IMG/VR virus record: IMGVR_UViG_3300017971_000339 | Coordinates: 1-54,184 of that record | DNA from: a virus | Taxonomy: Duplodnaviria; Caudoviricetes | Reading direction: 5' to 3' (one strand) | Length of the DNA: 54,184 nt | In this document: positions 9,953-18,539 of the stretch, piece by piece | How positions within the stretch are numbered: position 1 is the stretch's first letter | How the letters are laid out: each line of letters begins with the position of its first letter | Notes under the pieces: generated by a model | Databases searched by the model: none | The model's input: the letters and a program-made list of their open reading frames with translations, nothing else | What the model was told of the DNA's origin: nothing | Position numbers and translations under genes: made by a program

Positions 9953-10030
9953 AATCTAAGGCGATTCTGTGATTGATATATAGCAGAATATAGCATATAG
10001 CGTATAATCGCCTTAGAATCAATCTGGGCG
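9953..10030 (+). repeat. Dispersed ~78-bp inverted-repeat element, copy 1
   Basis: TCTAAGGCGATT (9955-9966) ... AATCGCCTTAGA (10006-10017) followed by ATCAATCTGGGCG. Confidence 0.8.
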
Positions 10031-10041
10031 CTTCTGGTTGC

Positions 10042-10071
10042 TTGACAATGATTGCGGTTATCTGGTACACT
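10042..10071 (+). promoter_or_regulatory. Sigma70-like promoter before the head operon
   Basis: TTGACA-18 nt-TACACT with TG extension. Confidence 0.6.
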
Positions 10072-10104
10072 CCGATTAGTTGAATATTTGGCATACCGCA
10101 ATGG

Positions 10105-10140
10105 GAGGCCGTGAACAATTCTGTTCGCGGTCTTTTTTTT
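10105..10140 (+). terminator. Intrinsic terminator/attenuator in the head-operon leader
   Basis: GAGGCCGTGAACA-attc-TGTTCGCGGTCTT stem followed by a T run. Confidence 0.75.
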
Positions 10141-10158
10141 GTTTCTGGGAGAAAATAA

Positions 10159-10635
10159 ATGTTACCAATTGCTTACCCCCATCCAACCGGACAAGCGAAT
10201 CCCATCACATTTCGTGCTGCAGCTGCTTTGGCTGCGCAGGGAGCGTGGGATGCGTCTCCAACTGAGATTCCGATTATCGCCTACGATTGGCTAACGTTAT
10301 ATTTCTCATACGATGAAGATGCAGATGCAACGGACGGTGCGGTTGATTGGTATCTCGAATATTCTCCCTATTCCATTGATCAAGTTGGTGTACAGAATTG
10401 GTTCCAGATGACGCTCTATGCAGCTGGCGTGATGGCTGCTGGCTCTGATATTCAATCGAATATACAGCGAGAATACATCACATATGCTGCTACCGATGCT
10501 GCGATTGAAGCATTCGTTTATGGTCCATTGCAGTTGGAGCGCACAATTGAGCGTATTCGTTTGGTGGCGCGTGAATCTGGTGATACGGATAATCCTGGAT
10601 TATTCCATGTGGTTGGCGTAGCAAACGGAGAATAA
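10159..10635 (+). CDS. Putative virion structural protein (beta-rich)
   Basis: RBS GGGAG; first gene of the head operon. Confidence 0.55.
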   Translation: MLPIAYPHPTGQANPITFRAAAALAAQGAWDASPTEIPIIAYDWLTLYFSYDEDADATDGAVDWYLEYSPYSIDQVGVQNWFQMTLYAAGVMAAGSDIQSNIQREYITYAATDAAIEAFVYGPLQLERTIERIRLVARESGDTDNPGLFHVVGVANGE

Positions 10636-10638
10636 CGT

Positions 10639-11214
10639 ATGAAACCTACTAACCGGACATTCTTTGAATTATCAAAGATCGATAGTCTTGCCACTGAGGG
10701 GCTATTGGGAACAAGCAATTCCCTGGCATATCGTGTGCATGAGATCGAAAAACACATTCACAGTCGCGGCCGTTATTGGGGAGCGTTAGCTATACCAAGC
10801 GAAGTGAACGCAATCGAGGCGAATGTGGCTCGTCCATTTGCTGCTACCAGTGGAAACAATACCTGGGGCGCGGCGATTCCGATTTGTGGCACAGATGATG
10901 TTCCGGTTGTGGCTGGATTAGTTAAATTTGATGCTCATAGATTATTGATTACAGATTTAGATGACGACACATCACCGTGGCGAATCCGGTTTATTTACGG
11001 AACCGGAACGAGCGCAGATGCAATTGCTGCAGGGCAATGGTCAGAGGAAATGATTACAACATCTGCTGTTCCAGGAAATCGGGCAGGTGGTACTCCACTT
11101 GATTTTCAAATGCCACGCATTGATGTTGGGTCAAAATTATGGGCGCAAGTTTGGAATGATACCAACGGAGAAATCATGTCGTTCTTCTGGGGCGCTCATG
11201 GATACGCAGGGTAA
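10639..11214 (+). CDS. Putative virion structural protein
   Basis: Coupled ORF; composition typical of virion proteins. Confidence 0.55.
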   Translation: MKPTNRTFFELSKIDSLATEGLLGTSNSLAYRVHEIEKHIHSRGRYWGALAIPSEVNAIEANVARPFAATSGNNTWGAAIPICGTDDVPVVAGLVKFDAHRLLITDLDDDTSPWRIRFIYGTGTSADAIAAGQWSEEMITTSAVPGNRAGGTPLDFQMPRIDVGSKLWAQVWNDTNGEIMSFFWGAHGYAG

Positions 11215-11218
11215 ATCG

Positions 11219-12694
11219 ATGCCTTATCTGAAAGTAAAACAGGGAAACAAGTGGTGCATCTACAAAGAGCAAGACGGCAAAAAAACCGGTGCGACTTTGG
11301 GTTGTCATCCAACCGAAGAAAAAGCGAATAAACAGATTGCTGCTCTGAATATAAACGTAAAGGAAATCATGAAACCTAAAAAACTTGATGAGGCCGTTGA
11401 TGAGATTGAAACCGAAGTTGAGGAAATGTATCCATCCTACGATGTGATTGATCGGGCGAATGTTCCCTGGGGTGCAATGAGTTTTGATGATGTAGCAGCT
11501 GCTCGAAAAGCATCTGAACTTATGGAGCGCCTAGAGGGACACACGAGCGTTTTCTACACGCTATTTTGGCGTATCTGGAACAATGATGATATTCCGGTGA
11601 GCGAAAAGGTTCCTGCCTGGGAAAGTCTGATGGCAGATTTTACATCTGCCTTTGACGCTGAGATTTCAACCGAGGAATCCGCAATGGCAGAACTGGAAGA
11701 TTTCGCAGAGAGCGATATGGGGTCCATCGTGCGCATTTCTGAGAGCGATAAACAGAACTCAGATGCGCGCTCTCCGCTTAAGATGGATATCGTGGTAATT
11801 CAACCAGGATGGGGAAACCCCAAAGATAACCATTATTACCCCGCTGAGGTGCTGCGCAGGGATGCGCACATATTCGAGGGTGCCAAAATGTATGCTACGG
11901 ATCATCGCCCAGAAGAAAAGAACGTGCGTACCGAAGTAGCTAAAGTGGAGCGCATTATTGGTTTCTCTGAGGATGGCGCTCCCATTGGGCGTGTGAAGGT
12001 TTGGAACCCTGATTTTGCCGAAGATATTCGGAACCGCGAGAAATTGGGAGAATTGGAAACCCTAAAGTGTTCTATTCTCGCCAAAGGGAAGGCAAAAAAG
12101 GGTCAGATTGACGGCAAGGATGCAAATATTGTCGAGGCGATCATTGCATCGAAATATACGAATGTCGATTTTGTAACAAACGCGGGTGCGGGTGGTCGCG
12201 CTCTGCGATTGGTTGAAAATGATGAGGAGGTTCAAATGGAAAAAGACGAAGATCTCGTTGAAGTAGATGAGATCGAAGAAAAAACCACCGAGGACGAAAT
12301 CCAGGAATCAGATGATGTGATCCTGGAAGAACAGGACGATGAAATTGCCGAAGATGAAACCGAAGTTATCGAGGATGAAACCGGAGATGATGAAGTTTCT
12401 GAGGGTGATGAGGACGAGCCGACTCATTTAGCCGAAACCGATGTTTTTGAGATCCTGGAAAAATCAAAATTACCAGAGCAAGCGCGCGAGCGAATTGCCA
12501 CTGGCAATTACCTATCAGAGGCTGAGTTGCAATCCGCAATTACAGCCGAAAAAGATTACATCAAAGCGCTGTTGGGTTCTGGCGAACCGCAGGATTTGGG
12601 CAATACTTCTGCAGCTGCAGAAAAGCCCCTTACTGACAAGGAAATCGCCGAAGATCATCAACGGCGCATCGATGCGATTATTTTTAGTGACTAA
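11219..12694 (+). CDS. Prohead protease/scaffold fusion
   Basis: IQPGWG..HYY, ATDH, CSI, VDFVTNAGAGG protease-like motifs; acidic C-terminal scaffold; start moved to MPYLK (11219). Confidence 0.8.
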   Translation: MPYLKVKQGNKWCIYKEQDGKKTGATLGCHPTEEKANKQIAALNINVKEIMKPKKLDEAVDEIETEVEEMYPSYDVIDRANVPWGAMSFDDVAAARKASELMERLEGHTSVFYTLFWRIWNNDDIPVSEKVPAWESLMADFTSAFDAEISTEESAMAELEDFAESDMGSIVRISESDKQNSDARSPLKMDIVVIQPGWGNPKDNHYYPAEVLRRDAHIFEGAKMYATDHRPEEKNVRTEVAKVERIIGFSEDGAPIGRVKVWNPDFAEDIRNREKLGELETLKCSILAKGKAKKGQIDGKDANIVEAIIASKYTNVDFVTNAGAGGRALRLVENDEEVQMEKDEDLVEVDEIEEKTTEDEIQESDDVILEEQDDEIAEDETEVIEDETGDDEVSEGDEDEPTHLAETDVFEILEKSKLPEQARERIATGNYLSEAELQSAITAEKDYIKALLGSGEPQDLGNTSAAAEKPLTDKEIAEDHQRRIDAIIFSD

Positions 12695-12708
12695 GCAAGG
12701 AGGTTGCT

Positions 12709-13329
12709 ATGGTTGATGTGTTTTATGGTGATGTAGACTGGCAGGATACGAGCGGTCCATATGTCACCGTTCCAGTACATGAACAGGATATTTGGCCTGT
12801 GGCTGATAATTCCGGTTCTGGAACCAAAGATGGTATCTTTGACGCGAACGGCGATTACGATGGGGTGCATCCTGTCATTGCAATCGGAGGACGAACTGCT
12901 GCTGATGGTCGCCCTCTGAATATTACGGGGATTGTAGTGAGCGCCATTCCTGGGCTTACCACTTCTCTTGGGCGCGTGATTATCAACATTGCTGATGGTT
13001 TTATCATCAAAAATTATGTTGCTAATGTTCTCACCTATAGTGGTGGGGATGCGAACACGTTCGAGCAAGCCCCAGTTCCTGGACAACCCGTTTACGTGGA
13101 TGACTCAGATGATTTGGGAGAAGGTGTGACGCTATCACTTTCACCGCTCAATGATGCTGATGTCAAGAACCCACAAGCCGGGGTATTGTTCTACTGTCAA
13201 GACGAAATGGCTGATTCTGCGCAAGGTGGGCCGAATGCAACCTATTCGTTTGACACTTCATTGGCCAATGAATTAGTTGAGCAAGTATTCTGTGTCTTGC
13301 TGTTCAACGGTTCACGAGATCTTTCGTAG
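12709..13329 (+). CDS. Head decoration/cement protein
   Basis: Between scaffold and capsid; GQPVYVD motif; AGGAGG RBS. Confidence 0.6.
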   Translation: MVDVFYGDVDWQDTSGPYVTVPVHEQDIWPVADNSGSGTKDGIFDANGDYDGVHPVIAIGGRTAADGRPLNITGIVVSAIPGLTTSLGRVIINIADGFIIKNYVANVLTYSGGDANTFEQAPVPGQPVYVDDSDDLGEGVTLSLSPLNDADVKNPQAGVLFYCQDEMADSAQGGPNATYSFDTSLANELVEQVFCVLLFNGSRDLS

Positions 13330-13342
13330 GAGGATAGCAACT

Positions 13343-14485
13343 ATGCGTAGAATATTACAAAAACTAAACGCTATTCACCGCGAACGAATGACGACCGCGG
13401 CGTTAGCAAACCCAGAGATGAAGGAACATTACGCCAAACGCGCAAGCGATGGCAATGATATGTTCCGGATGCTCAACGAGGGCATGGATGGATTAAGCCA
13501 TCAGTTTGATCCTGCTCCCCTCCAGGAAGTTATGGTATCGGCAGATTTTACCTATACCATTCAAGAATTCGTTCAGCGTTTAGCGCTCGAAGGATACAAG
13601 ATGATGGAGTTCGATTGGACTCCATTAGTGAAACCGGATACGGTTCCGAATTATCTACAGGTGTATCGTTATCAACATCGTGGATCTCTGGATGACCTCG
13701 AATTGGTCGGCGAGAAAGAGCGCCCTCGTGCTGGCAGCAAGGGAGAAACCAAACGCACAAATCAGGTTTGGCGATGGGAGAAGGAATACGACTTCTCTCA
13801 TGAATTGCTCGTAAACGATGATCTTGGTTATTTCAAAGATCAAGCAATGTTGATGGGTGATTCTGCTCGCAGAACCCTCGCGAAATACGTTTCTCGATTC
13901 TACACCAACGCTGTTTCCATCGCTCGATTAGTTGCTCTGGGTGCGCTCTATTCTCAGAATGGGCGCTTGACGACTGCGCGTGTTTCAGAAGCGCGCATGG
14001 CCTTTGGTCAACGCGTGGATGATCGCGGAAATCCGATGGAAGTTGAGGCCGTTTATCTGGTCTATCATCGTGGATTGCATGATACCGTTATGCAGATTTT
14101 GCAAAGCACACAAGTTGCAGAACTTGCCACCAACGCCAAGAATGTGGTCAACTTCATTCCCATCAAAGACCCGTACATGACTGGAACCGCCCCGAATTTA
14201 CCCTGGTATATGTTCGCAGATTACAAGCGCAGCAACGTAATTCCGTTCATCTTGGGACGCAGGCAGGGAATGCCTGGGCCTATGATCTTGCGCCGACGCT
14301 CTGATATCGAGAGTGTTACATCCATGCTCGGTTCTGGTTCTCCTGTTGATCCAATCATGGGCGATTTTGAGACTGGAAATATCGTGCTCAAAGTATCCGA
14401 TGTTTGGGGTACTTACGTGGATGGAACGGAAGGAAACCTGTTCGATTATCGTGGAGCGTACTATTCATCTGGTACAGCTCCGTAA
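13343..14485 (+). CDS. Major capsid protein (HK97 fold, Mu gpT-like)
   Basis: LELVGEKE, FSHELLVNDDLG, DYRGAY..G motifs; AGGAGG RBS before ATG 13343. Confidence 0.85.
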   Translation: MRRILQKLNAIHRERMTTAALANPEMKEHYAKRASDGNDMFRMLNEGMDGLSHQFDPAPLQEVMVSADFTYTIQEFVQRLALEGYKMMEFDWTPLVKPDTVPNYLQVYRYQHRGSLDDLELVGEKERPRAGSKGETKRTNQVWRWEKEYDFSHELLVNDDLGYFKDQAMLMGDSARRTLAKYVSRFYTNAVSIARLVALGALYSQNGRLTTARVSEARMAFGQRVDDRGNPMEVEAVYLVYHRGLHDTVMQILQSTQVAELATNAKNVVNFIPIKDPYMTGTAPNLPWYMFADYKRSNVIPFILGRRQGMPGPMILRRRSDIESVTSMLGSGSPVDPIMGDFETGNIVLKVSDVWGTYVDGTEGNLFDYRGAYYSSGTAP

Positions 14486-14518
14486 ATAAAACCATAGAAA
14501 AGTAAGGGAGCATTTCAA

Positions 14519-14929
14519 ATGGCTACAACGAATAAAGAACTTGCTGCGCAGATTGCGCAGCTGCAGGAACAAAATAGGGTGATGGCCCAGATGCTTGGGC
14601 TGTCACCCGAATCCGGAACTGTCAACGAGACAGAGCGAGCGGATTACATAGAGCATGGTTCCGATAAACATGCTGTATTTCTTGGATTGATTGAGGTCTT
14701 AGAGGCTGATATGGAAGATGCAAAACGCAACGATTATATCCTCTATGAATCGCCGGTGTCTGGTCGTACTTGGCGACTGGAGGATGAAATTTCGCCTTTC
14801 ATGGCATTTCCTAACCCCGATAAGATCGCTGCATTATATCTGAGACAAAAAGTATCATCTCTGGAAAGTGGCAAGCCCACAATTCCGGATGGTGCGCCTA
14901 CCCTGCTCATGCCTCAAAGCGGTTTCTAA
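14519..14929 (+). CDS. Hypothetical protein (head module)
   Basis: RBS AGGGAG; short N-terminal coiled coil. Confidence 0.6.
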   Translation: MATTNKELAAQIAQLQEQNRVMAQMLGLSPESGTVNETERADYIEHGSDKHAVFLGLIEVLEADMEDAKRNDYILYESPVSGRTWRLEDEISPFMAFPNPDKIAALYLRQKVSSLESGKPTIPDGAPTLLMPQSGF

Positions 14930-14940
14930 GAGGAGGACTT

Positions 14941-15927
14941 ATGAACTTTCCATTAATTCGTCAACAGCCCTGGTATCCTGGTCAAATGGGTGTACCCGGG
15001 TCGGACGTTTCCAGAGGATTGCGTACACAGCCAAACGGAATCGTGCTATTCGTTGACGGAAACCATCCTAACGCAACTACAACTGCCGATGGAACTGATC
15101 CCAATAACCCGCTCTCCACAATTACCGCTGCGATGGCGAAATTGGTTGCTTTTCATGCGCTGTCAGAAGTTCAAGCCGAGGGCAGTACGATTGTGATTGC
15201 TCCTGGAACCTATACGGACTCAATTGCGATTGATCGCACAAGCTACCCGCCTGATTGTTCTATCATTGGATGCGGGAATTCCAAGTTTGATGTTGTCTGG
15301 GTTCCCGCTGCTGGTGATGCTCTTTCGATTGATCAAAGCGGTTGGTTGATCGATGGGATTCACTTCCAGCCTGCAGCCGATGGCGCAGGTGTAAAACTCA
15401 CCTGGAATGCCGGTGCAGGAGCAGAAGATACGATTATACAAAACTGCTTCTTTGATGGCAGATGGGGAACAGGTTTGTATGGTGTTGAATTTGAGGGTGC
15501 TCCTGCGAATTGTACAATCCAGGATTGCCGATTTGCTGAATTCGATACCGCGCAGCCTTGTATTACCATCACCGCAACTCCCACTGCAAGCCCCTATCAA
15601 ACGCACATTCTCAGGAACACATTCCAGGAGGCTGTGGAGTATATTACGATTGAGGCGGGTGGATTCAATGCCAGTATCATCGCAGGGAATCACTTTGTGC
15701 AAGCTACTGGCGATCTGGGAGCAACCACAACCTATATCAATCTTGGAACCGGATCTCTTGGATACAATCAAGTGGTCGGGAACTATTTTGATGGTGATTA
15801 CTCGAATACCGGTGGCTATACAGCTGAAACAAACGGGAACGACAATTGGGTCGGGAACTTTGCAGCTGATGTAGCCGAAGCAGAAGTTGGCGACAATGGA
15901 ATCACTGTTGCCGAACCTGCAGCTTAA
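14941..15927 (+). CDS. Right-handed beta-helix (pectin lyase-like) virion protein, paralog A
   Basis: FVDG..DGT..PLSTITAA and IVIAPGTY motifs; repeated I.NC.F/I.GN.F rungs. Confidence 0.75.
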   Translation: MNFPLIRQQPWYPGQMGVPGSDVSRGLRTQPNGIVLFVDGNHPNATTTADGTDPNNPLSTITAAMAKLVAFHALSEVQAEGSTIVIAPGTYTDSIAIDRTSYPPDCSIIGCGNSKFDVVWVPAAGDALSIDQSGWLIDGIHFQPAADGAGVKLTWNAGAGAEDTIIQNCFFDGRWGTGLYGVEFEGAPANCTIQDCRFAEFDTAQPCITITATPTASPYQTHILRNTFQEAVEYITIEAGGFNASIIAGNHFVQATGDLGATTTYINLGTGSLGYNQVVGNYFDGDYSNTGGYTAETNGNDNWVGNFAADVAEAEVGDNGITVAEPAA

Positions 15928-15941
15928 TTGATCGATGATTA

Positions 15942-15978
15942 TTCTGGGGTTGCGTGGATGCTCTGCGCAACCCCAGAA
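15942..15978 (+). other. Intergenic stem-loop without a U tract
   Basis: TTCTGGGGTTGCG / CGCAACCCCAGAA perfect 13-bp inverted repeat. Confidence 0.7.
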
Positions 15979-15998
15979 CAATCGAAAAGGAATATGTT

Positions 15999-16985
15999 AT
16001 GCCAGCCACAAATGTAAATTGGCCTAATCCACAAATCCAAGACTCAGGTTATCCTGGTCAATTTGGAGTCCCTGGTGCTGTTGCGGAATATGGATTACGG
16101 CAGAACACGCAGGGACAGGTGTTCTATGTTGATCCTAATCATGTGGACAATAACAATCTGCGCGATGGAACTGATCCAACTGCTCCATTGACTTCAGTTG
16201 CTACTGCTCTCACGAAATGCCAACCTTATCGCGGAGATGTAATCGCGGTGATGGCGAACAATTCCTGGCAGTATGGAAATTCTGCAGATGGGAACACGGT
16301 TGCAATTTCAGAAGAAGTAACCATTACGGTTCCTGGCGTAAAGATCGTGGGCGTTTGCCAATCTGGTCAAGGTGTATATTGGTATCCTGCGAGCAATGCA
16401 GGAACGTGTATTACGGTGGCAGCGATTGATGTGACCATTGAAGGTTTTTTCTTCTCAGAAGGGCCTACGTTTGCCGGATGTAATGCGATTGCTGCAGAAT
16501 GGGATGGAACTACATTGTTCGGCGAAAATCTCACGGTACGCAATTGCATTTTTGATGATACGGTTGATACTGCGATTGAACTGGATTACTCCTGGTATTG
16601 CAATATTCACGACAATCTGTTCTGGAAATGCGATGTGTACGGGATATCCTCGCCCGTTGCTGGCAGCGGAGTAGCTTTCTCCCTGATTGAAAACAACGTA
16701 TTCCATGATTGCGCAATTGCGATTTCGTTGCTCGGTGGATGCGATGATAACGTGATTTCTAATAACAAGATTTACAATTCGAGCGCCCAGGGTGCTGCTG
16801 CAGCTGCCAATGAAGGAATCAACACAACTGGCGGTGACAGGAACATGGTTGCTAACAATTATTTCTCCTGCTTACTTCCGGTTCCCGCAAATGGTGATTA
16901 TGACGATTTGAATACCGCAGCTGCTACCGATGCCTGGGTTGGAAATCACTGCATGAATGGATTGGCAATTACAAATCCCACCTAA
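15999..16985 (+). CDS. Right-handed beta-helix virion protein, paralog B
   Basis: Shares YPGQxGVPG...GLR...FxVD...DGTDP..PL N-terminus with paralog A; beta-helix rungs. Confidence 0.75.
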   Translation: MPATNVNWPNPQIQDSGYPGQFGVPGAVAEYGLRQNTQGQVFYVDPNHVDNNNLRDGTDPTAPLTSVATALTKCQPYRGDVIAVMANNSWQYGNSADGNTVAISEEVTITVPGVKIVGVCQSGQGVYWYPASNAGTCITVAAIDVTIEGFFFSEGPTFAGCNAIAAEWDGTTLFGENLTVRNCIFDDTVDTAIELDYSWYCNIHDNLFWKCDVYGISSPVAGSGVAFSLIENNVFHDCAIAISLLGGCDDNVISNNKIYNSSAQGAAAAANEGINTTGGDRNMVANNYFSCLLPVPANGDYDDLNTAAATDAWVGNHCMNGLAITNPT

Positions 16986-16997
16986 AGGAACTGCAAT

Positions 16998-17177
16998 ATG
17001 AATGCTGTCAAAAGATTGATGATCAAAGGTGTTGATCAAGAAGTAGCCGAGAAGTTGGTAAAAAACGGATTGCTTACTCCACGCGCTATTCGGGAGAGTA
17101 CCCTTACCAACCTCAAAGATATTACCGAATTGAGCGCCACGAAAACAAGAAATCTTAGAGATAAATTTGCTGTTTAA
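16998..17177 (+). CDS. Small helix-hairpin-helix-like protein (59 aa, below the ORF-track cutoff)
   Basis: MNAVKRLMIKGVDQEVAEKLVKNGL...; IKGV...AEKL..G HhH pattern; AAGGA RBS. Confidence 0.65.
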   Translation: MNAVKRLMIKGVDQEVAEKLVKNGLLTPRAIRESTLTNLKDITELSATKTRNLRDKFAV

Positions 17178-17222
17178 GCGCCTAAAAGCGCAATGCTATA
17201 TTATCTATCAAATACGACTTAG

Positions 17223-17249
17223 AATCGCCTTAGATTTGATCTGGGCGCT
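17223..17249 (+). repeat. Dispersed element, copy 2 (right arm conserved)
   Basis: AATCGCCTTAGATTTGATCTGGGCGCT versus AATCGCCTTAGAATCAATCTGGGCGCT at 10006. Confidence 0.7.
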
Positions 17250-17266
17250 GCAGGGAGCGTACCCGA

Positions 17267-17923
17267 ATGACTTGTACAACTCGATATGCAGAAGCGTGGG
17301 AATATGGGGCTTTCTTTTGCGTGGGGAATCTTCTTGCTGGCGTACATGGGGGCGCTGGCCCTGCAGATGCAGCTTTGTCAGATGCGGACGGAGATTTCAT
17401 CACGCGCGGCATTCGTCCGCTCATTGGTCAAGTTCTCTATAATCTTACACAAGCCACCAATGGATTAGTAACTGCCGTCACGGATACCACGATTACGGCG
17501 GTAGGTGTGACTTGGGATGCGCTCGATGAGTATCGAATTAGTACCATGAATGCCAGCGAATTGATTACCGCCGAACACTATCTGGATATTACCGCTGTTG
17601 ATATTACGATCGCTCTGCAATCTGTGGCAGCTTGTGACTGCAATTGGTGGCCGAACTTTTCTGGTTGGGCTAAAAAGATCAACATTATCGAGGCAGCGGT
17701 TTTGCACAAATGCCCCTGCGCATCCCCACAAATTGACGCTGCGCAACAGCAAATTCTGCTCCAATGGGCCGATGATCAATTGGAGCGTATTCGCATGATG
17801 GAATTTGACCCATGCTTGGGGCATACGGGAAAAGATTTTCCTGTCACTGGATGGGCAGAGCAAGCCACTACTCCGTTTGCAGCTGCAGATATTATTATCA
17901 ACTCTTTTTTGAAGGATGGATAA
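17267..17923 (+). CDS. Putative head-tail adaptor/connector
   Basis: Position after the head genes; helical C-terminal half resembling gp6-like adaptors. Confidence 0.55.
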   Translation: MTCTTRYAEAWEYGAFFCVGNLLAGVHGGAGPADAALSDADGDFITRGIRPLIGQVLYNLTQATNGLVTAVTDTTITAVGVTWDALDEYRISTMNASELITAEHYLDITAVDITIALQSVAACDCNWWPNFSGWAKKINIIEAAVLHKCPCASPQIDAAQQQILLQWADDQLERIRMMEFDPCLGHTGKDFPVTGWAEQATTPFAAADIIINSFLKDG

Positions 17924-18159
17924 TGGCTTGTACTGGATGTGGGAACGGGATCTCATCGCTGCAGCCTTCCAGGAAAAACGGGGGGCTGTATATCTTGCAA
18001 TATATCGGTGCTGCTCCTGCTGTGACCGTGTTGGGAACAAAGACAGGAACCGCATATTCATTCGGCACTGGAAAACTAGAGTTCTTCGTTGATTATCAGG
18101 ATATGACAGGATTATTAGCGGACGAGCAACACGGAATGGATCTCAGGATAAAACAGTGA
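17923..18159 (+). CDS. Small protein with N-terminal CxxC (MACTGCG)
   Basis: TAATG coupling at 17921-17925. Confidence 0.6.
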   Translation: MACTGCGNGISSLQPSRKNGGLYILQYIGAAPAVTVLGTKTGTAYSFGTGKLEFFVDYQDMTGLLADEQHGMDLRIKQ

Positions 18160-18539
18160 CCGAGCAATTATTGGAACTTATTTGCATCTCTTTGGCCAGC
18201 GCCTTCTTGGCGAATCTCATTACATTGCAGAATGGGCCGATGATGATCTTTTCCGCGTTGCGAATGCTCGTGGGTAGCTGGACGGCAAAACGATCAAATC
18301 GAATATCTGGCTTAATTACTCATGGAGCGCTGCCTGAATATCGTATGAAATGGGAATTGCGCAAGAACAAGATATACAAAAGCATCGCAGAAATCTTCTC
18401 TTGCCCCTGGTGCTTGGGTCCCTGGATTGTATTTATTTTTGTGGCAATTTTTGCCAATGATCGATTGATATTTAATTGGCTTGTGGCGAGCGGTTTGTTA
18501 TATGTGTTTCTTGGAGTTATGAATGGGCGTTCTAAGTAG
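18156..18539 (+). CDS. DUF1360-like membrane protein
   Basis: GP.MIF..LR and CPWCLGPW motifs with hydrophobic helices. Confidence 0.7.
   Translation: MTEQLLELICISLASAFLANLITLQNGPMMIFSALRMLVGSWTAKRSNRISGLITHGALPEYRMKWELRKNKIYKSIAEIFSCPWCLGPWIVFIFVAIFANDRLIFNWLVASGLLYVFLGVMNGRSK

Noticed and set aside
11087-11218. N-terminal extensions given by the ORF track (also 13277, 15954, 17812, 24912, 38652, 39422, 52394)
   Set aside because: They overlap upstream genes or non-coding elements; downstream ATGs have better RBSs or coupling
15220-15981. 253-aa minus-strand ORF, and similar long antisense ORFs at 17465-18061, 27385-27948 and 47994-48728
   Set aside because: Antisense shadows of well-supported plus-strand genes, with no RBS or motifs
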